DNA of 19,583 bases, from positions 1 through 19,583 of the forward strand of contig JBGQGY010000068.1 of the NCBI GenBank assembly GCA_041497675.1. The letters run 5' to 3'. Made by a program: the position numbers and the translations under genes. The first letter of the stretch is position 1. Each line of letters begins with the position of its first letter. This document shows, piece by piece, positions 17,197 to 19,583 of the stretch. The notes beneath the pieces were generated by a model. It ran no database searches and was not told the origin of the DNA. It saw nothing but the letters and a program-made list of their open reading frames with translations. Source of the DNA: a bacterium (GTDB lineage Bacteria; Sysuimicrobiota; Sysuimicrobiia; Sysuimicrobiales; Humicultoraceae).

Positions 17197-17214
17197 ATCG
17201 GTCGAGTGCCTGAT
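17197..17214. promoter_or_regulatory. Single operator box centred between divergent CBS/ATPase and USP/DASS promoters
   Basis: ATCGGT-CGAGTG-CCTGAT; minus TACGCT (17174-17169) and plus TG-G-CATCAT (17237-17242) each 22 nt from the box. Confidence 0.78.
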
Positions 17215-17272
17215 TCCAGCGTCTGGGCGTTGGTGGCATCATAGCATTGGAGATCACAGGGGGTGAGTATGG

Positions 17273-17728
17273 ATGGCAACCGAGATCAAGCGAATTCTGG
17301 TTCCTACCGATTTCTCGCCCGGCGCGGAGCCGGCCCTCGCGTGGGCGGCCAGGCTTGCCGACTGCTTCAATGCACAGATTGTCCTTCTGCACGTCGTCGA
17401 CGTCCGGCTCGCGGCGCTGGCGGGGCTGCCGCCTGACATGGCCGCGATGCCCGCCGTCGACGAATTGGTCCAGGGCGCGCGCACCGAGGCCGACGAGCAG
17501 ATGAAGCGGGTCGCCGCGCGCTTCCCGCGGGCCACCACGTTGGTCAAAGAGGGCTCGGCGCGCACCGTGATCCTCGAGGTCGCGAAGGACCTCGATGTCG
17601 ATCTCATCGTGATGGGCACGCACGGACGCACAGGTTTTGCGCACGTGTTCTTCGGGAGCGTGGCCGAGCACATCGTGCGGCATAGCCGCATTCCGGTGCT
17701 GACGGCGCGCCAGGAGGAAACATCGTAG
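17273..17728 (+). CDS. Universal stress protein (single USP domain)
   Basis: KRILVPTDFS and [29 protein letters not shown]; 151 aa. Confidence 0.95.
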   Translation: MATEIKRILVPTDFSPGAEPALAWAARLADCFNAQIVLLHVVDVRLAALAGLPPDMAAMPAVDELVQGARTEADEQMKRVAARFPRATTLVKEGSARTVILEVAKDLDVDLIVMGTHGRTGFAHVFFGSVAEHIVRHSRIPVLTARQEETS

Positions 17729-19248
17729 GCGGTTCCGTCGCTCATGTCGACGGGGGCGCCTACGACAGGGCCACTCTGAAAGGCCTGATCGGCCTGGCGT
17801 TAGGGCCGCTGCTGTTTGCCGTTCTCCTGGTACTGCCGCTGGATGGGCTCGCCCCGCGGGCACACCGTCTGGCCGCGGTCTTCACGTGGGCCGTCGTCTA
17901 TTGGGTGACCGAGGCGGTGCCGGTGCCGGTGACCGCGGTGCTGGCGTCCGTGCTCTCCGTCCTGCTGGGGATCGCGCCGGCGCAGGCCGTCCTGGCGCCC
18001 TACGGCGATCCCATCATCTTCCTGTTCATTGGGTCGTTCATGCTTGCGGCCGCGTTTCAGGAAACGGGGCTGGATCGCCGCGTCGCGTTTACGCTGCTGC
18101 GGTTTCCCTGGACGACGCGCACCCCTACACGCGTGCTGGCCACGCTGGGGGTAATCACATGGGCGATGTCCTTGTGGATGAGCAATACGGCCACGACGGC
18201 GATCATGCTGCCTGTCGGCCTCGGCATCCTCAAGAGTATGGGCGAGACACCGTCGCCGGGGACACCGCGGAACGCGGGCCGCGGTGGCTTCTCCGTTGCG
18301 CTGTTGTTGATGCTGACGTGGGCGTCCTCGACCGGAGGCATCGGAACGCCGGTGGGCTCACCACCGAACCTGATCGCCATCTCGATGCTCCGCGAATTGG
18401 CCGGCCGGCGGGTGACGTTCTTCGACTGGATGTCCGTCGCGCTCCCGATGGCCCTCCTGATGCTGGGGCTGTGCTGGGTGATCCTCACGCTGCGGTACGG
18501 CGGGCCGACCCGGTCCGGCGTGGACCTGCAGCGCCACGTGGCCGCCGAGCGCGCACGACTGGGGCCGTGGCGCCGGGGCGAGGCAAACGTGGCCGCGGTG
18601 TTCGTGCTGGCGGTCATCCTCTGGGTCTTGCCCGGTGCGACCGCGATGATCTCGCCACAGGCAACGCTGCCACGCTTCTTCGAACGTCATCTGCCCGAAG
18701 CGATTGTGGCGTTGGGCGCCGCGGTCTTGCTGTTTCTGTTGCCGACCGATCTGCGTCGCGGCAAGTTCACGCTGACCTGGCGGGGGGCTGTTGGCATCGA
18801 TTGGGGCACGATCCTGCTCTTCGGCGGGGGGCTGTCGCTTGGCAAACTGATGTTTGAGACGAAACTCGCCGAAGCCGTTGGGACAGCAGTGGTGCGCGCC
18901 GCGGGCGCCGACAGCGTGTGGGCGCTGACCGCGGTGGCGATCGTGTTGGGCATCGTGCTCTCGGAGACCTCATCCAACACCGCGTCGGCGAGCATGCTAG
19001 TCCCGACGATCATCGCCGTCGCCGCGGGGAGCGCCATGAATCCCATCCCGCCGGTGCTCGGCGCGACGCTGGGCGCGAGCTTTGGCTTCATGCTACCGGT
19101 GTCGACGCCACCCAACGCGATCGTCTATGGCTCGGGGTTGGTCCCGTTGAAAGAGATGATGACGTCGGGGATCTGGCTCGACGTCACCGGTGGGATCCTA
19201 ATCTGGGTGGGGCTCAGGGTGCTGTGCCCGCTGCTCGGCCTCGCGTGA
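17722..19248 (+). CDS. DASS/SLC13 family di/tricarboxylate or sulfate transporter; start unresolved
   Basis: WMSNTATTAIMLP and TSSNTASA (two SNT motifs), GTPVGSPPN, FMLPVSTPPNAIV. The frame is open from 17686 and encodes family-typical GLALGPLLF...AHRLAAVF upstream of GTG 17905; start 17722 (ATC after AGGAGG) is tentative. Confidence 0.88.
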   Translation: MVGGSVAHVDGGAYDRATLKGLIGLALGPLLFAVLLVLPLDGLAPRAHRLAAVFTWAVVYWVTEAVPVPVTAVLASVLSVLLGIAPAQAVLAPYGDPIIFLFIGSFMLAAAFQETGLDRRVAFTLLRFPWTTRTPTRVLATLGVITWAMSLWMSNTATTAIMLPVGLGILKSMGETPSPGTPRNAGRGGFSVALLLMLTWASSTGGIGTPVGSPPNLIAISMLRELAGRRVTFFDWMSVALPMALLMLGLCWVILTLRYGGPTRSGVDLQRHVAAERARLGPWRRGEANVAAVFVLAVILWVLPGATAMISPQATLPRFFERHLPEAIVALGAAVLLFLLPTDLRRGKFTLTWRGAVGIDWGTILLFGGGLSLGKLMFETKLAEAVGTAVVRAAGADSVWALTAVAIVLGIVLSETSSNTASASMLVPTIIAVAAGSAMNPIPPVLGATLGASFGFMLPVSTPPNAIVYGSGLVPLKEMMTSGIWLDVTGGILIWVGLRVLCPLLGLA

Positions 19249-19281
19249 GCGTGCTAGCCTGTGAAATGGTTGGGTGGGCGG

Positions 19282-19287
19282 TAAAAT
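19282..19287 (+). promoter_or_regulatory. Putative -10 element for the last gene
   Basis: TAAAAT in an AT-richer intergenic stretch, 39 nt before the ATG; no operator box at the 22-23 nt position. Confidence 0.45.
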
Positions 19288-19326
19288 GAAAAGGAAAGTC
19301 CTATGGACCTTGGGGAGGGATCCGCA

Positions 19327-19583
19327 ATGTTGGAAGAGATGCTGAACCGGATCGGGCAGGTACACGATCGGGCGTCGGTCAAGACAGTCTTCGGTGAGCC
19401 GTTTCAGGTCAACGGGCGCACTATCATACCAATCGCTAAAGTCCAGTACGGTTTTGGGTTCGGCGTAGGCCGCAGCAAGGAGAAGGAGAAGGACGAAGAG
19501 GAGTCCGGCGAGGGTGGGGGCGGCGGCGCGGGCGTGTCCATCAGACCGATAGCCGTCCTGGAGATCACCGGTCAAGAGACGAA
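19327..19583 (+). CDS. YtfJ/GerW-family protein, runs off the window
   Basis: Not in the ORF track; after SD GGGGAGGG: MLEEMLNRIGQVHDRASVKTVFGEPFQVNGRTIIPIAKVQYGFGFGVG...GEGGGGGAGVSIRPIAVLEIT, matching the family pattern VxGEP...TIIP...GFG...GGGGG...PxA. Confidence 0.85.
   Translation, partial: MLEEMLNRIGQVHDRASVKTVFGEPFQVNGRTIIPIAKVQYGFGFGVGRSKEKEKDEEESGEGGGGGAGVSIRPIAVLEITGQET

Noticed and set aside
17123..17863. Long N-terminal part of the 401-aa minus ORF
   Set aside because: Antisense shadow of the USP gene and promoter region; CBS similarity starts at ATG 17122.

Overview
GC-rich bacterial window, probably from a diderm, with no mobile elements or CRISPR. It is a dense stress/anaerobiosis gene neighbourhood. 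In order: a Tat-exported PsrA/PhsA-type molybdoenzyme (cut by the window edge), an internally deleted and frameshifted AlkD-like gene, a malic enzyme, USP plus a small ORF, fhs, a YbaK/ProX-proline dehydrogenase-CapA operon, an alpha/beta hydrolase, oppABC with no ATPase, a stand-alone receiver domain, a two-domain multicopper oxidase, two CBS proteins, a P1B-4 ATPase, a second USP, a DASS/SLC13 transporter lacking a canonical start codon, and a partial YtfJ/GerW-family gene. The main hidden structure is an 18-bp palindrome, ATC(G/A)GG-N6-CC(C/T)GAT. I found 12 promoter-region copies and one intragenic copy. For 12 promoters a copy sits 22-23 nt from a -10-like hexamer, which suggests one activator-controlled regulon whose gene content resembles the mycobacterial DosR dormancy regulon but with a different operator. 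One of these promoters points at an unannotated ~172-nt rod-shaped RNA (7956-8127) with two sequence-similar internal loops. All family assignments come from motifs read by eye; no searches were run.
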